From: Parabacteroides sp.
GTDB lineage: Bacteria > Bacteroidota > Bacteroidia > Bacteroidales > Tannerellaceae
Direction: 5' to 3'
Assembly: GCA_048468815.1 (NCBI GenBank)
Contig: DBGBSM010000366.1
Coordinates: 1-54,045, forward strand
DNA: 54,045 nucleotides
Below, piece by piece: positions 19,601 to 28,616 of the stretch; within the stretch, counting starts at the first letter, position 1, and each line of letters opens with the position of its first letter. The translations under genes were made by a program, and so were the position numbers. The notes beneath the pieces were generated by a model. That model was not told the DNA's origin. It was given only the letters and a program-made list of their open reading frames with translations, and searched no databases.

Positions 19601-20729
19601 CGAGCCGCAGCAGGCCGGCGCCCTCGGTGGCGAACCAGAGTGCGCCGGTTTTATCTTCTTCCCCTTTCCCGATAACGCCGGTATATGCTTCCGGAGCGAT
19701 AAAGGCGAATTCGCGGGTGTAAGGGCTGTAATAATTCGCACCTCCGGCGTAGGTGCCTACCCACAGCGTACCATCGCTGTCGCGGAACAGGTCGTACACG
19801 GAGCCATGGCTCAACGCGCCGGCTTTTCCCGGCTGCATCGGGCAGGGAACGAAACGCCGCCGACGGCGGTCGATAAAGCAAAGCCCGGAGGAAGTACCGG
19901 CCAGCAAGGTACTGTCGTCGTACTCGATAAGCGAGCGGATCGGGTTGGTATCGAATAGCGGCAGGCGGTTCGTTACGCGCTCCGGCGGAACGGTGTCGGC
20001 CCTACAGGCGTAAACGTCGCGTTCGTCGGTACTGAGCCAGCAAACACCCTGCCGGTCGGCAAGCAGGGTTTGCACGGAAGCGATTTCCCGGTACAGGCGT
20101 ACGGCTTTTCCCGACGAAGGGGTATACCGGTAAAGGCCGGCCGCCGTACCGATATAGAGGCTGCCGTCGGGGTGCTCCGCCAGGCAACGAACCAATGACG
20201 GAAGCGCGCCGCCGCCTATCCGCTCGAACCGGTCGGCCTCCGCACGGTATACGAACAGTTCGTCCATGACGGAAGCGTATACCTGCCCCGAGGCACCGGC
20301 GCAAAGCGCGTTGATGCCCCGGTTCCGGGCGCCGGGATAGTAGCGCCGTATCTTGCCGGTAGCCGTTTCCATGCGGTTGAAGCCGTTGGCGGTGGCTATC
20401 CACAGGTTGCCTTTCCTGTCGGGGGCGATGCCGGTAATGTAGTTGTTCGAAAGGGAAGCGGTGTCGTCCGGCATATGCCGGTATACCACGCACTCGTTTC
20501 CATCGTAGCGGTTCAGGCCGTTGCGGGTGCCGAACCAGAGGAAGCCGTCCACATCCTGGCCGATTTTCAGTACGCTGTTTTGGGAAAGTCCGTTTTCCAC
20601 GCTCACATGGGAGAAAAAGAAAGGGGAGCCTCCACCGGCCGATACGAGCCGGAAGCAGCCCGCGAACAGCAGGCACAGAAATAGAAGGAGGCGCCGGAAG
20701 AGTAATCGGTAAAGCGGGTTGGTTCGCAC
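16680..20729 (-). CDS. Hybrid two-component system 1 (beta-propeller sensor, Y_Y_Y, kinase, receiver, AraC HTH); GTG start
   Basis: GFLWFGTRNGLNRYDG, AHELRTPLTLI, NLLSNAFKFT, SDVMMPGMDG and MSRANFYRK motifs. Confidence 0.95.
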   Translation of the reverse strand: MRTNPLYRLLFRRLLLFLCLLFAGCFRLVSAGGGSPFFFSHVSVENGLSQNSVLKIGQDVDGFLWFGTRNGLNRYDGNECVVYRHMPDDTASLSNNYITGIAPDRKGNLWIATANGFNRMETATGKIRRYYPGARNRGINALCAGASGQVYASVMDELFVYRAEADRFERIGGGALPSLVRCLAEHPDGSLYIGTAAGLYRYTPSSGKAVRLYREIASVQTLLADRQGVCWLSTDERDVYACRADTVPPERVTNRLPLFDTNPIRSLIEYDDSTLLAGTSSGLCFIDRRRRRFVPCPMQPGKAGALSHGSVYDLFRDSDGTLWVGTYAGGANYYSPYTREFAFIAPEAYTGVIGKGEEDKTGALWFATEGAGLLRLDPDAGTQTVYPLTADYRTNLYGNIIKSLCIRGDSILCATNKGAVYLFSIRSKRYRLLYDFKYNDIYSLYADSSGRLWIPTHTASDLVLADGGQTTGRFPVADSTRAFRHVRHIVELRPDLFLFGTTEEVYLYDMPARRADTVPGIEGGVAGIVRDAEGSVWIASRKGKLYRFDCRMRLTATFDAAAATGAGTVLAVTVDKAGGIWLQTASALLKLDERSGRFVTVRLAPELMQEFTPHAITRSGSGMLYLAGHKGLVSFNPLTFRPNPVPPRVYLISLSVNNRRVRPGDETGILHEQLHRTRQITLKWNQTNIAVCYAALDFVSPAQSRYACMLEGLDSGWRDAGVRREAYFSNLAPGRYEFRVKAAGTDGVWALEVAALRITVLPPVWRTGWAYLLYLLVTVAVTARFISFRNTRRELENNIRFEQLEQRKTNELHQERMRLFTHFAHELRTPLTLIVNPLNELLRHASFSEELKNTFLLMRKNTERLLLLVDNLMDVQKYETGKMVLQPADFEFVPFVRDIYDAFVPGARQRSIAFGWENRLPPGLWVTFDRGELEKVFFNLLSNAFKFTPAGGAVRLSVKILGREAAGMLGAAGFGPVENYYLYAEVTDTGRGLEGIDKEKIFEPFYRSTPDLHRQVSGSGIGLSLSRAIVRRHRGALWAESLPQGTSMRLLLPVGDKPVIREAHAVAPELPLDRDRLAAALSAGTEPPAAQPAGLPQATLLLVEDNKEVLSYLERYFGRWYRVVKAPGGEEALEALTRSRADLVVSDVMMPGMDGLELCRRLKSDERTAHLPVILLTAGALPRQVKAGLEAGADAYLVKPFDMSLLHTKIKNLLAAREKMKKKYARKIVLEKASLEATPADEAFLRRYTEVIKAGFSDPSLDVDRICAELNMSRANFYRKARSLTQVSPAEMIKKIRLETAAQLLCDTDLTVTEILDRVGFGSSSYFAVCFRALYGLTPKEYRRRHKAG

Positions 20730-20751
20730 AATAAAAGTTGGTTTATTGCGT
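20726..20751 (+). repeat. Site A, quasi-palindromic; contains the HTCS1 start codon
   Basis: GCACAATAAAAGTTGGTTTATTGCGT; 25/26 identical to site C; inverted relative to site B. Confidence 0.9.
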
Positions 20752-20867
20752 TGCTTTACACGGCCGGATTATAGAGGATATTTAACAATTCGATGCCGAT
20801 TCGCTTTTTAAGCAGACGGCTATGAATGAGAGGAGTAGTATAGTACCTCTATTTTAACGAAATAGAA

Positions 20868-20899
20868 TTTGGAGTAAAAGAATGTTATTTCTATATTTG
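20868..20899 (+). promoter_or_regulatory. Consensus Bacteroidetes promoter between inverted sites A and B
   Basis: TTTG at 20868-20871, 20-nt spacer, TATATTTG at 20892-20899. Confidence 0.8.
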
Positions 20900-20903
20900 C
20901 ATG

Positions 20904-20924
20904 ATAAACCAACGTTTATTGTGC
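20904..20924 (-). repeat. Site B, inverted copy
   Basis: ATAAACCAACGTTTATTGTGC is the exact reverse complement of 21061-21081 and matches site A at 20/21. Confidence 0.9.
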
Positions 20925-21060
20925 AATACTGAGTACTCTTCCGTTTACGTTTCCATCTTGCCGCCTACTCATCGAAATCCATTCTGTTTCAATAAATTGC
21001 TTCAATCCGGAGGTGCGGGCGTCTGTACGTTCGCACAGGCTTTTTCCTTCCTTTCGCCCA

Positions 21061-21086
21061 GCACAATAAACGTTGGTTTATTGCGT
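21061..21086 (+). repeat. Site C
   Basis: GCACAATAAACGTTGGTTTATTGCGT; ends 19 nt before the HTCS2 ATG. Confidence 0.9.
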
Positions 21087-21105
21087 ATCAGCCCATTAAC
21101 CGCAC

Positions 21106-24100
21106 ATGAAAACCGGATTGCACTTACCTCGCCTTATACAGCTTGTCATCCTGATACTTACCGTTTCAGCGAGCGGACGGGCTGCGGCCGATTCCGTTTT
21201 TTTCTTTTCCCACTTAGGCGTGCAGGAAGGCTTGTCGCAGGTAAGCGTACTGAAAATCTACCAGGATGTGGACGGCTTCCTCTGGTTCGGCACCCGCAAC
21301 GGCCTGAACCGCTACGACGGATACGAATTTACCGTATACCGTAACGAAGTAAACAACCAGCAATCCCTTTCCGACAACTACATTACCGACATCGCCGAAG
21401 ACCGCAACCAGCGTCTCTGGATAGCTACCGCCGGCGGCCTCAACTGCCTCGACTCCCGTACCGGCACCTTTATCCGCTCGTATCCCAAAGAGCTCAGCGC
21501 CGGAGATACCAATAACCTTGTGGCGCTCCTGGCTATTCCGCAAGGCCCCCTCTATGCCTTTACCTTCGCCGGCGTGTTCCGGGCTAATCCCGAAAGCGGG
21601 AAGTTAGAAGAACACATCGTGCCCGACACCCCCCTCACCGGTATCACGACAGCCGCCTGCGCCCCCGACGGAACTATCTGGATAGGAACCCAATCGGACG
21701 GAATCCGGGTATACACGCCGCAATGGAAAGAGATACGCCGCTACCGCGAAGAAGTGCAGGGGAACATCAGCGTGCTGTACTTCGACCGTCACGACCGGCT
21801 CTGGGTAGGCACCGAAAGCTCGGGCTGTTACCGGTACGACAGCCTCACCGACACTTTCACTCCGCTGAACGAATCGAACAGCCGGTTGGGCAGCAACTAC
21901 ATCCGGGCACTCACGGATTACGACGACGCCTTACTGATCGGCACCTTCGCGGGCATTTACCGGTTCGACAGGAAAACCGGAAACGTGTCGCTGATACGAA
22001 CCGACCCCACGGGGTCGGGCACCCTGAGCCATTTCTCGGTTCACAGCCTGTTCGTCGACCGCGACCGGACGCTCTGGGCCGGTACGTATTCGGCAGGGGT
22101 GAACTATTACAACCCTTCCTACAAACGGGTTTCGTTTATCCGCCCGGCCGACTTCACCGGCATCCTCGGCATGGGGCGCGAAGACGCACAGGGCAACCTG
22201 TGGTTCGCCACCGAAGGCGCCGGTTTGCTGCGTTACGACCCGCATACCGGCGAACAAACGCTTTACCCCGTTAAACTACCGTACAAGGAGCATTTCGAAG
22301 CCAACATCCTCAAAGCGCTGCTGATTCGGGGCGACTCCATACTCTGCTCCACCCACTTCGGCTCGGTGTACCTGTTTTCCATCCGCAGCAAGCAATACCG
22401 GTTGTTGTACGATTTCAGGCATAACGATATTTACTCGCTGTACGCCGACAGCCGCGGACGCCTCTGGATTCCTACCTTTTCGAGCGACTCGCTGGTGTGC
22501 ATCGACCGCGGACGGCCGGTTTCGGAGTTCCCGGCCGACGGGAGCATGCGGAAATTCCGCTCGGTCACGGTGATAAACGAACTGCGCCCCGACGAATTCG
22601 TATTCGGTACGCTCAACAACGGGTTGTATGTTTACGATGCGGCGAAAAAGACCTGTCGCACCTTGACGGCATCCGGATTGGGTTTGCAACCGCACGAACG
22701 GCTGGGCTCCGTTACCGCCATCGTGGCCGACCGGACACGCGGAGAGGTATACGTCGCCTCCACGAAAAGCGGTATCCGGCGTTTCGACAGGCAAATGAAC
22801 CTGCTCAAACATTACCAGCACACCGACGGCATAGCCGACAGCTACATCAGCACGCTGGTACAAGATGCGGAGGGCACGGTATGGGCCGCCACAGGCAATA
22901 AAATATACAAGCTGAACCGCACAACCGATTCGTTCACGCTCTTCGAGCCTGGCGGGGTGCCGTTGCAGGAATATTCGCTGTACTCGGGCACCGTGGCGCA
23001 CGACGGCACCTTGTATTTTCCCGGCAACAGCGGCATCGTGACGTTCCACCCCGGACAGCTCCCGGCAAACCGGATGCTCCCGGAGGTGTATATCACCTCG
23101 CTCCTCATCGACAACGACCCCGACCAGCCGGACTGCAGCCGTTCTTCCGAGCCGCTGCCCGCCCGCAGCTACTCGGTGGCGTTGCAGCCCCACCAAACCA
23201 ACATCGTGATTTCGTACACCGGCCTTTCGTATATCCATTCCGGCCAAACCGCGTACGCATACAAGCTCGAAGGGGTCGACGCCGATTGGATTCCGGCCGG
23301 CGCCAGGCGCCAGGCATATTACAGCAACCTGCCTTCCGGACGGTACGTTTTCCAGGTAAAGGCTTGTAACAGCGACGGGGTGTGGAATCCGCAAGAAGCC
23401 GTGCTCTATCTGCTGGTAAAAACCCCGTTGTACCGCACCTGGTTCGCTTACCTTATTTATATAGCGCTCACAGCAGCGATTATCGCACGCTTCGTTTCGT
23501 TCCGCCGCACCCGGCGGGAACTGGAAAACGACATCCGCTTCAAGCAACTCGAAAAAGAGAAGATAGAAGAGTTGCATCGGGAGCGCATCCGCCTCTTCAC
23601 CAACTTCTCGCACGAGTTGCGTACGCCGCTCACCCTGATTATCAATCCGCTCGACGACTTGTTACAGCAGTTCTCCTTCTCGGAGGAAGTAAAGAACACC
23701 CTGTTACTGATAAAGAAAAATACGGGGCGTCTGCTGTTGCTGGTCAACAACCTGATGGACATCCAGAAGTACGAAGCGGGAAAAACCGTATTGCAAAAGT
23801 CGCGGTTCGACTTTTCGGCTTTCCTCGGCGAGATGTACGCTTCGTTCGAAAGCATGGCCGGCCAGCGGAATATCCGCTTCGCGCTGCTTTCGGAGCTGCC
23901 GCCGCATTTTTATGTGAATTACGACCGGGAAGAGATGGACAAGGTATTCTTCAACCTATTGTCGAACGCGTTCAAGTTCACGCCCGCCGGGGGAAGCATC
24001 ACGCTGATTGCCCGGCAAGCCGGAAACGAGGCATGCCGGCAGCTCCCCGGGCTTACCCGCGAACAGCTCGACATGCTGGCCGAAGAGCAATATATCTATG

Positions 24101-25215
24101 TGGAGGTGGCCGATACGGGTAAAGGCATCGAAAGCGACCGGGCCGACCGGATATTCGAGCCTTTTTACCGCTCGGACGAAGATATGCACAAGCAAATCGC
24201 CGGTACGGGCATCGGCCTGAGCCTGACGCGCTCCATCGTATGGCAGCACAACGGGATTATCTGGACGCAAAGCTCGCCGGAGAACGGCACGCGGATGATG
24301 TTCGTATTGCCGGATACGGAAACGCAACCGGACGTAAACACGGTAACGGAAGAACCGGCTGCCGGGGAAGAACCGGAGATTGCACACCGAGTGGCGTTAC
24401 TGATGGAAGAGGCCGAGGCGTATGCCCGCAAAGTGGTATTGATTGCCGACGATAACGAAGAGGTGCTGACCTACCTGGAGCGGCAGTTGGCCGACGATTT
24501 CGTGATACGCAAGGCGCCGAACGGTCGCGTAGCGCTGGAAATGATCGGGCAGTCACAACCCGACCTCGTGATAAGCGACGTGATGATGCCGGAGATGAAC
24601 GGCCTGGAGTTGTGCCGCCGCATCAAGGAAACGAGCGATTACCGCCACATCCCGGTTATCCTGCTTACCGCCAAATCGCTGGTTTCGCAAATCGAGGAAG
24701 GATGGGAAACGGGTGCCGACGACTACATCGTAAAGCCGTTCCATGTGCCGCTGCTCCGGGCGCGCATCCGCAACCTGCTGGCCGCCCGCGAAAAGATGAA
24801 AGAAGCGTACGGCGACAAGCTTTCGCTGAAAAGCCTCGGCATGGAGCCGCTCCGGCCCGACGACCGCTTCCTGCACGAATACATGGAAATCGTGAAGCAG
24901 AACATCGCCAACCCCGATTTCGACGTGGCGGTGATTTACCGGGCTATCGGGATGAGCCGGGCCAATTTCTACCGGAAAGTAAAAACCGTAACCGGCCTCT
25001 CGCCCATCGAACTGATTAAACGCATCCGCTTAGAAGCTGCGGCGCGTCTGCTGGAGGAAACGGTGCTGAATGTAACCGAAATCGCCCGCCAGACCGGATT
25101 CGGCAGCGGCTCGTACTTCGCCAAGAACTTTAAGGCGGCTTACGGCATTTCGCCTACCGAGTACCAGGAAAAGCACGCCGGGAAACGGAAGAGTGAAAAC
25201 GGAACGCCGCACTGA
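21106..25215 (+). CDS. Hybrid two-component system 2, paralog of HTCS1
   Basis: Same architecture; SHELRTPLTLI, NLLSNAFKFT, SDVMMPEMNG and MSRANFYRK motifs. Confidence 0.95.
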   Translation: MKTGLHLPRLIQLVILILTVSASGRAAADSVFFFSHLGVQEGLSQVSVLKIYQDVDGFLWFGTRNGLNRYDGYEFTVYRNEVNNQQSLSDNYITDIAEDRNQRLWIATAGGLNCLDSRTGTFIRSYPKELSAGDTNNLVALLAIPQGPLYAFTFAGVFRANPESGKLEEHIVPDTPLTGITTAACAPDGTIWIGTQSDGIRVYTPQWKEIRRYREEVQGNISVLYFDRHDRLWVGTESSGCYRYDSLTDTFTPLNESNSRLGSNYIRALTDYDDALLIGTFAGIYRFDRKTGNVSLIRTDPTGSGTLSHFSVHSLFVDRDRTLWAGTYSAGVNYYNPSYKRVSFIRPADFTGILGMGREDAQGNLWFATEGAGLLRYDPHTGEQTLYPVKLPYKEHFEANILKALLIRGDSILCSTHFGSVYLFSIRSKQYRLLYDFRHNDIYSLYADSRGRLWIPTFSSDSLVCIDRGRPVSEFPADGSMRKFRSVTVINELRPDEFVFGTLNNGLYVYDAAKKTCRTLTASGLGLQPHERLGSVTAIVADRTRGEVYVASTKSGIRRFDRQMNLLKHYQHTDGIADSYISTLVQDAEGTVWAATGNKIYKLNRTTDSFTLFEPGGVPLQEYSLYSGTVAHDGTLYFPGNSGIVTFHPGQLPANRMLPEVYITSLLIDNDPDQPDCSRSSEPLPARSYSVALQPHQTNIVISYTGLSYIHSGQTAYAYKLEGVDADWIPAGARRQAYYSNLPSGRYVFQVKACNSDGVWNPQEAVLYLLVKTPLYRTWFAYLIYIALTAAIIARFVSFRRTRRELENDIRFKQLEKEKIEELHRERIRLFTNFSHELRTPLTLIINPLDDLLQQFSFSEEVKNTLLLIKKNTGRLLLLVNNLMDIQKYEAGKTVLQKSRFDFSAFLGEMYASFESMAGQRNIRFALLSELPPHFYVNYDREEMDKVFFNLLSNAFKFTPAGGSITLIARQAGNEACRQLPGLTREQLDMLAEEQYIYVEVADTGKGIESDRADRIFEPFYRSDEDMHKQIAGTGIGLSLTRSIVWQHNGIIWTQSSPENGTRMMFVLPDTETQPDVNTVTEEPAAGEEPEIAHRVALLMEEAEAYARKVVLIADDNEEVLTYLERQLADDFVIRKAPNGRVALEMIGQSQPDLVISDVMMPEMNGLELCRRIKETSDYRHIPVILLTAKSLVSQIEEGWETGADDYIVKPFHVPLLRARIRNLLAAREKMKEAYGDKLSLKSLGMEPLRPDDRFLHEYMEIVKQNIANPDFDVAVIYRAIGMSRANFYRKVKTVTGLSPIELIKRIRLEAAARLLEETVLNVTEIARQTGFGSGSYFAKNFKAAYGISPTEYQEKHAGKRKSENGTPH

Positions 25216-25267
25216 GGCATCGGGCGAAAAGAAGCAGCGACGCCCTACTTTTATGTTATACAGCAAG

Positions 25268-25334
25268 TTGAGATATTCTTACCCCCATTTGAGACGAAAT
25301 TTCCAACGGAAGGAAGGTAGGTTGCCTTCTTTTG
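25268..25334 (+). promoter_or_regulatory. Putative HTCS operator and activator-dependent susC promoter
   Basis: TTGAGA direct repeats at 25268 and 25289 (21-bp period); degenerate -7 TTCTTTTG at 25327-25334. Confidence 0.5.
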
Positions 25335-25373
25335 GGCACGATTTTTTCACAAGTATAAACACTTATATTTATT

Positions 25374-28300
25374 ATGCAAATGAAAACCATAACAAAAAGA
25401 GCGTGTCCGTTCTCCGGCATCCGGTCGTTCCTTATCGGAACCGCCTTGATCGGAGCCGTTTCCGGACTCGGGCACGTACAAGCGGCGGACAGCAACGATG
25501 TGCCTCTGCCTACCGTAAACGGTATCGCTCAGAACGGTAAAAAAGTGACCGGAGTCGTATCGGATGCTTTAGGACCCATCATCGGCGCGAACGTCATTGT
25601 AAAAGGAACCACGAACGGCGCCATCACCGACCTCGACGGTAAATTCACCTTAACGGACGTACCGAAAGGCGCTACGTTGCAGATTTCGTATATCGGATAC
25701 CATACTAAAGAGATTCCCGTAGGCAACCAGAACGTTTTCAACGTAACCCTGAGCGAAAACACGCAAGCCCTCGACGAAGTAGTGGTAGTGGGCTACGGTT
25801 CGCAAAAGAAAGTAAACCTCACAGGCGCCGTATCGCAGGTAAGCTCGAAGGTGCTCGAATCGCGCCCGATTACCACCACCTCGGCCGGATTGCAGGGAAC
25901 GATTCCCAACCTCCAGATTACGCCTTCCACCGGTAAGCCGGGCGAATCGCCCTCCATCAATGTGCGCGGTACCACTTCGATTAACGGCGGATCGCCGCTG
26001 GTATTGGTCGACGGGGTGGAAATGAGCATGGACCTGGTTAACCCGAACGATATAGCCAACGTAACCGTACTGAAAGATGCCGCGGCCTCTTCTATCTACG
26101 GGGTACGTGCCGCCTACGGCGTAGTGCTGATTACCACGAAGACAGCCGACAAGGGCGGGAAAACGACGGTTTCTTACTCGGGTAACATCGCGTTCTCCAA
26201 GCCGACGATTCTGCCGGATATGGTGGACGACAGTTACACGCATGCGCTGTTCGTAAACGAAGCCATGAAGAACGCTAACCTGAGCCCGATGTACGACGAC
26301 TTCCAGGTACAGGCCATCAAGGCGTACGCCGAAAACCCGGCCAACAACCCGGAATTCGGTATCGTAAACGGAAAGATGTATTATTACGGCCACTCCGACT
26401 GGACGGATATGATGCTGAAAAGCTCCGCATTCTCGCATCGCCACAACGTGAACATTTCGGGGGGCGGAGAGAAAACGAAGTTCTACTCGTCGGTAGGGTA
26501 TGTAAGCCAGGACGGAATTATCCGGTATGCCGACGACAGCTACCAACGGCTGAATACCCGGTTGAACGTGGAAAACCAGACCACCAAATGGCTGAAACTC
26601 GGGTTCAAGTTATTATACAACTATACCACAGAAAACGAGCCCACCAAATACAAAGACGAAGTGTTCCACCAAATGGTATTCTCATCGCCCGTACGGATGG
26701 CGTCGCCGTATCCCGGCGACCCGGCGCATCCCGAATACGACGAATTCATCGGAAAATACTTCGACGACCAGAACCCGATTTCGTTGTTGAAAGAAGGGGG
26801 CCGCACCCGCAAACAGAACCACGACGTATGGGCCGGAATCAGTGCCGACCTGAATATCATGGACGGCTGGACGGCCCGGGTGGATTTTACGTACAATACG
26901 AATATGCAGCGTAACGGCGAGCACCGCAAAAAAGTGGATATGGTATCGTATTCGTTCACTGCAACGGAAGGAAACACCAACAACAACCACTACAAACTCA
27001 CCGACCAGGATAAAAGCTACTATTCGTTCAATGCATACACACAGTACGAAAAAACGTTCGGCAAGCATTACCTGAAAGGAATGGTGGGTTTCAACCAGGA
27101 ATTGACCAAGTACTCGGAGCACACGGCGCAACGCCGGAACCTGATTTCGCAGGAATTGCCTACGTTGAGCTTGGCTACCGGCGATCAGGAGGTAACCGAA
27201 ACAGGATACGAATGGGCGCTGCGCGGCGGATTCTTCCGGGTGAATTACATTTATAACGACCGGTACCTGTTGGAAGTAAACGGCCGTTACGACGGTACGT
27301 CGCGGTTCCCGTCGGACAACCGGTATGTGTTCCTGCCTTCGTTCTCGGCCGCCTGGCGTTTGTCGGAAGAAGCGTTTATGCAAAATACGAAGGGATGGAT
27401 GGACAACCTGAAGGTACGCGCTTCGTACGGTATTCTGGGTAACCAGCTGCTTACCGACAAATCGTGGACGGGCAACACGAAGTACTATCCGTACATTCCG
27501 TTTATGTCGTCCGACCTGACCGACAACTACATGTTAGGCAATTCGACTTCCGTAATCGTGAACCCGGCCGGATTGGTTTCGAATGCGCTGACCTGGGAAA
27601 AAGCCTCGACCGTAAACGTAGGGCTGGATGCTACCTTCCTGAACTCGCGCCTCGACATGTCGTTCGACTGGTACCAGCGTACTACCTCGGATATGTTGGT
27701 AAAAGTGGAATATCCCGAATTGCTGGGAACTACCGCTCCTCCCGCCAACAAAGCGTCGTTGCGTACCCGCGGCTGGGAAGTGGCCGTTAACTGGAAAGAC
27801 CGCATCGGCAAAGACTTTACCTACGGCATCGGACTTATCTTGTCGGACTCGCAGGCCGAAATCACGAAATACGACAACCCCACGGGAACTTTGACCGACT
27901 ACTACGTAGGACAGAAAATCGGCGAAATCTGGGGATACCAAACCGAAGGGTTCTTCCAGAGCGACGACGAAGTAGCCGGCCACGCCGACCAGTCGAAATT
28001 AGGTTCGAACTGGAAAGCGGGCGACATCAAATACCTTGATGCCGACCAGAGCGGAAAAGTGGATAACGGCGACAACACCATTTCCAACCACGGCGACCTG
28101 AAAGTAATCGGGAACACCACGCCGCGTTACCAGTACGGTATCAACGCCGACCTGGGCTGGAAAGGCATTTACCTGAACGTATTCCTGCAAGGAGTGGGCA
28201 AACGGGATTACTGGCCTTCGGCACAGGACTTCTGGCCGGTAGCCACCCAGTACTACAATACGCAGAAATGGTTCGTAACCGATTCGTGGAGCGAAACGAA

Positions 28301-28601
28301 CCGTGACGCTTACTTCCCCCGGCCTATCGCCCGGGAAACCAAGAACCAGCAAAAGCAAACCAAGTATTTGCAGGACGCTTCGTACCTGCGGTTGAAAAAC
28401 ATTTCGCTGGGGTATCATTTGCCGTCGCAGTGGCTGGCCCCGTTGCACATGTCGCAGGCTACGATTTTCGTCAGCGGCGAGAATATAGCCGAAATCTCGC
28501 ACATGAAAGGGGCGTACGACCCGGAAGCCGCCGGAAAGAACGGTACCATGAGCTATCCTTTCCAACGTACCTATTCGTTCGGTGTTAATGTTACATTCTA
28601 A
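25374..28601 (+). CDS. susC: SusC/RagA TonB-dependent transporter
   Basis: LDEVVVVGYGSQKK, LKDAAASSIYGVRAAYGVVLITTK and RYDGTSRF motifs; terminal F. Confidence 0.96.
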   Translation: MQMKTITKRACPFSGIRSFLIGTALIGAVSGLGHVQAADSNDVPLPTVNGIAQNGKKVTGVVSDALGPIIGANVIVKGTTNGAITDLDGKFTLTDVPKGATLQISYIGYHTKEIPVGNQNVFNVTLSENTQALDEVVVVGYGSQKKVNLTGAVSQVSSKVLESRPITTTSAGLQGTIPNLQITPSTGKPGESPSINVRGTTSINGGSPLVLVDGVEMSMDLVNPNDIANVTVLKDAAASSIYGVRAAYGVVLITTKTADKGGKTTVSYSGNIAFSKPTILPDMVDDSYTHALFVNEAMKNANLSPMYDDFQVQAIKAYAENPANNPEFGIVNGKMYYYGHSDWTDMMLKSSAFSHRHNVNISGGGEKTKFYSSVGYVSQDGIIRYADDSYQRLNTRLNVENQTTKWLKLGFKLLYNYTTENEPTKYKDEVFHQMVFSSPVRMASPYPGDPAHPEYDEFIGKYFDDQNPISLLKEGGRTRKQNHDVWAGISADLNIMDGWTARVDFTYNTNMQRNGEHRKKVDMVSYSFTATEGNTNNNHYKLTDQDKSYYSFNAYTQYEKTFGKHYLKGMVGFNQELTKYSEHTAQRRNLISQELPTLSLATGDQEVTETGYEWALRGGFFRVNYIYNDRYLLEVNGRYDGTSRFPSDNRYVFLPSFSAAWRLSEEAFMQNTKGWMDNLKVRASYGILGNQLLTDKSWTGNTKYYPYIPFMSSDLTDNYMLGNSTSVIVNPAGLVSNALTWEKASTVNVGLDATFLNSRLDMSFDWYQRTTSDMLVKVEYPELLGTTAPPANKASLRTRGWEVAVNWKDRIGKDFTYGIGLILSDSQAEITKYDNPTGTLTDYYVGQKIGEIWGYQTEGFFQSDDEVAGHADQSKLGSNWKAGDIKYLDADQSGKVDNGDNTISNHGDLKVIGNTTPRYQYGINADLGWKGIYLNVFLQGVGKRDYWPSAQDFWPVATQYYNTQKWFVTDSWSETNRDAYFPRPIARETKNQQKQTKYLQDASYLRLKNISLGYHLPSQWLAPLHMSQATIFVSGENIAEISHMKGAYDPEAAGKNGTMSYPFQRTYSFGVNVTF

Positions 28602-28616
28602 TAAAATTACTTCAAC

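Noticed and set aside
20901..21344. 147-aa ORF between the HTCS genes as a possible invertase
   Set aside because: It has no recombinase motifs and overlaps HTCS2 out of frame.
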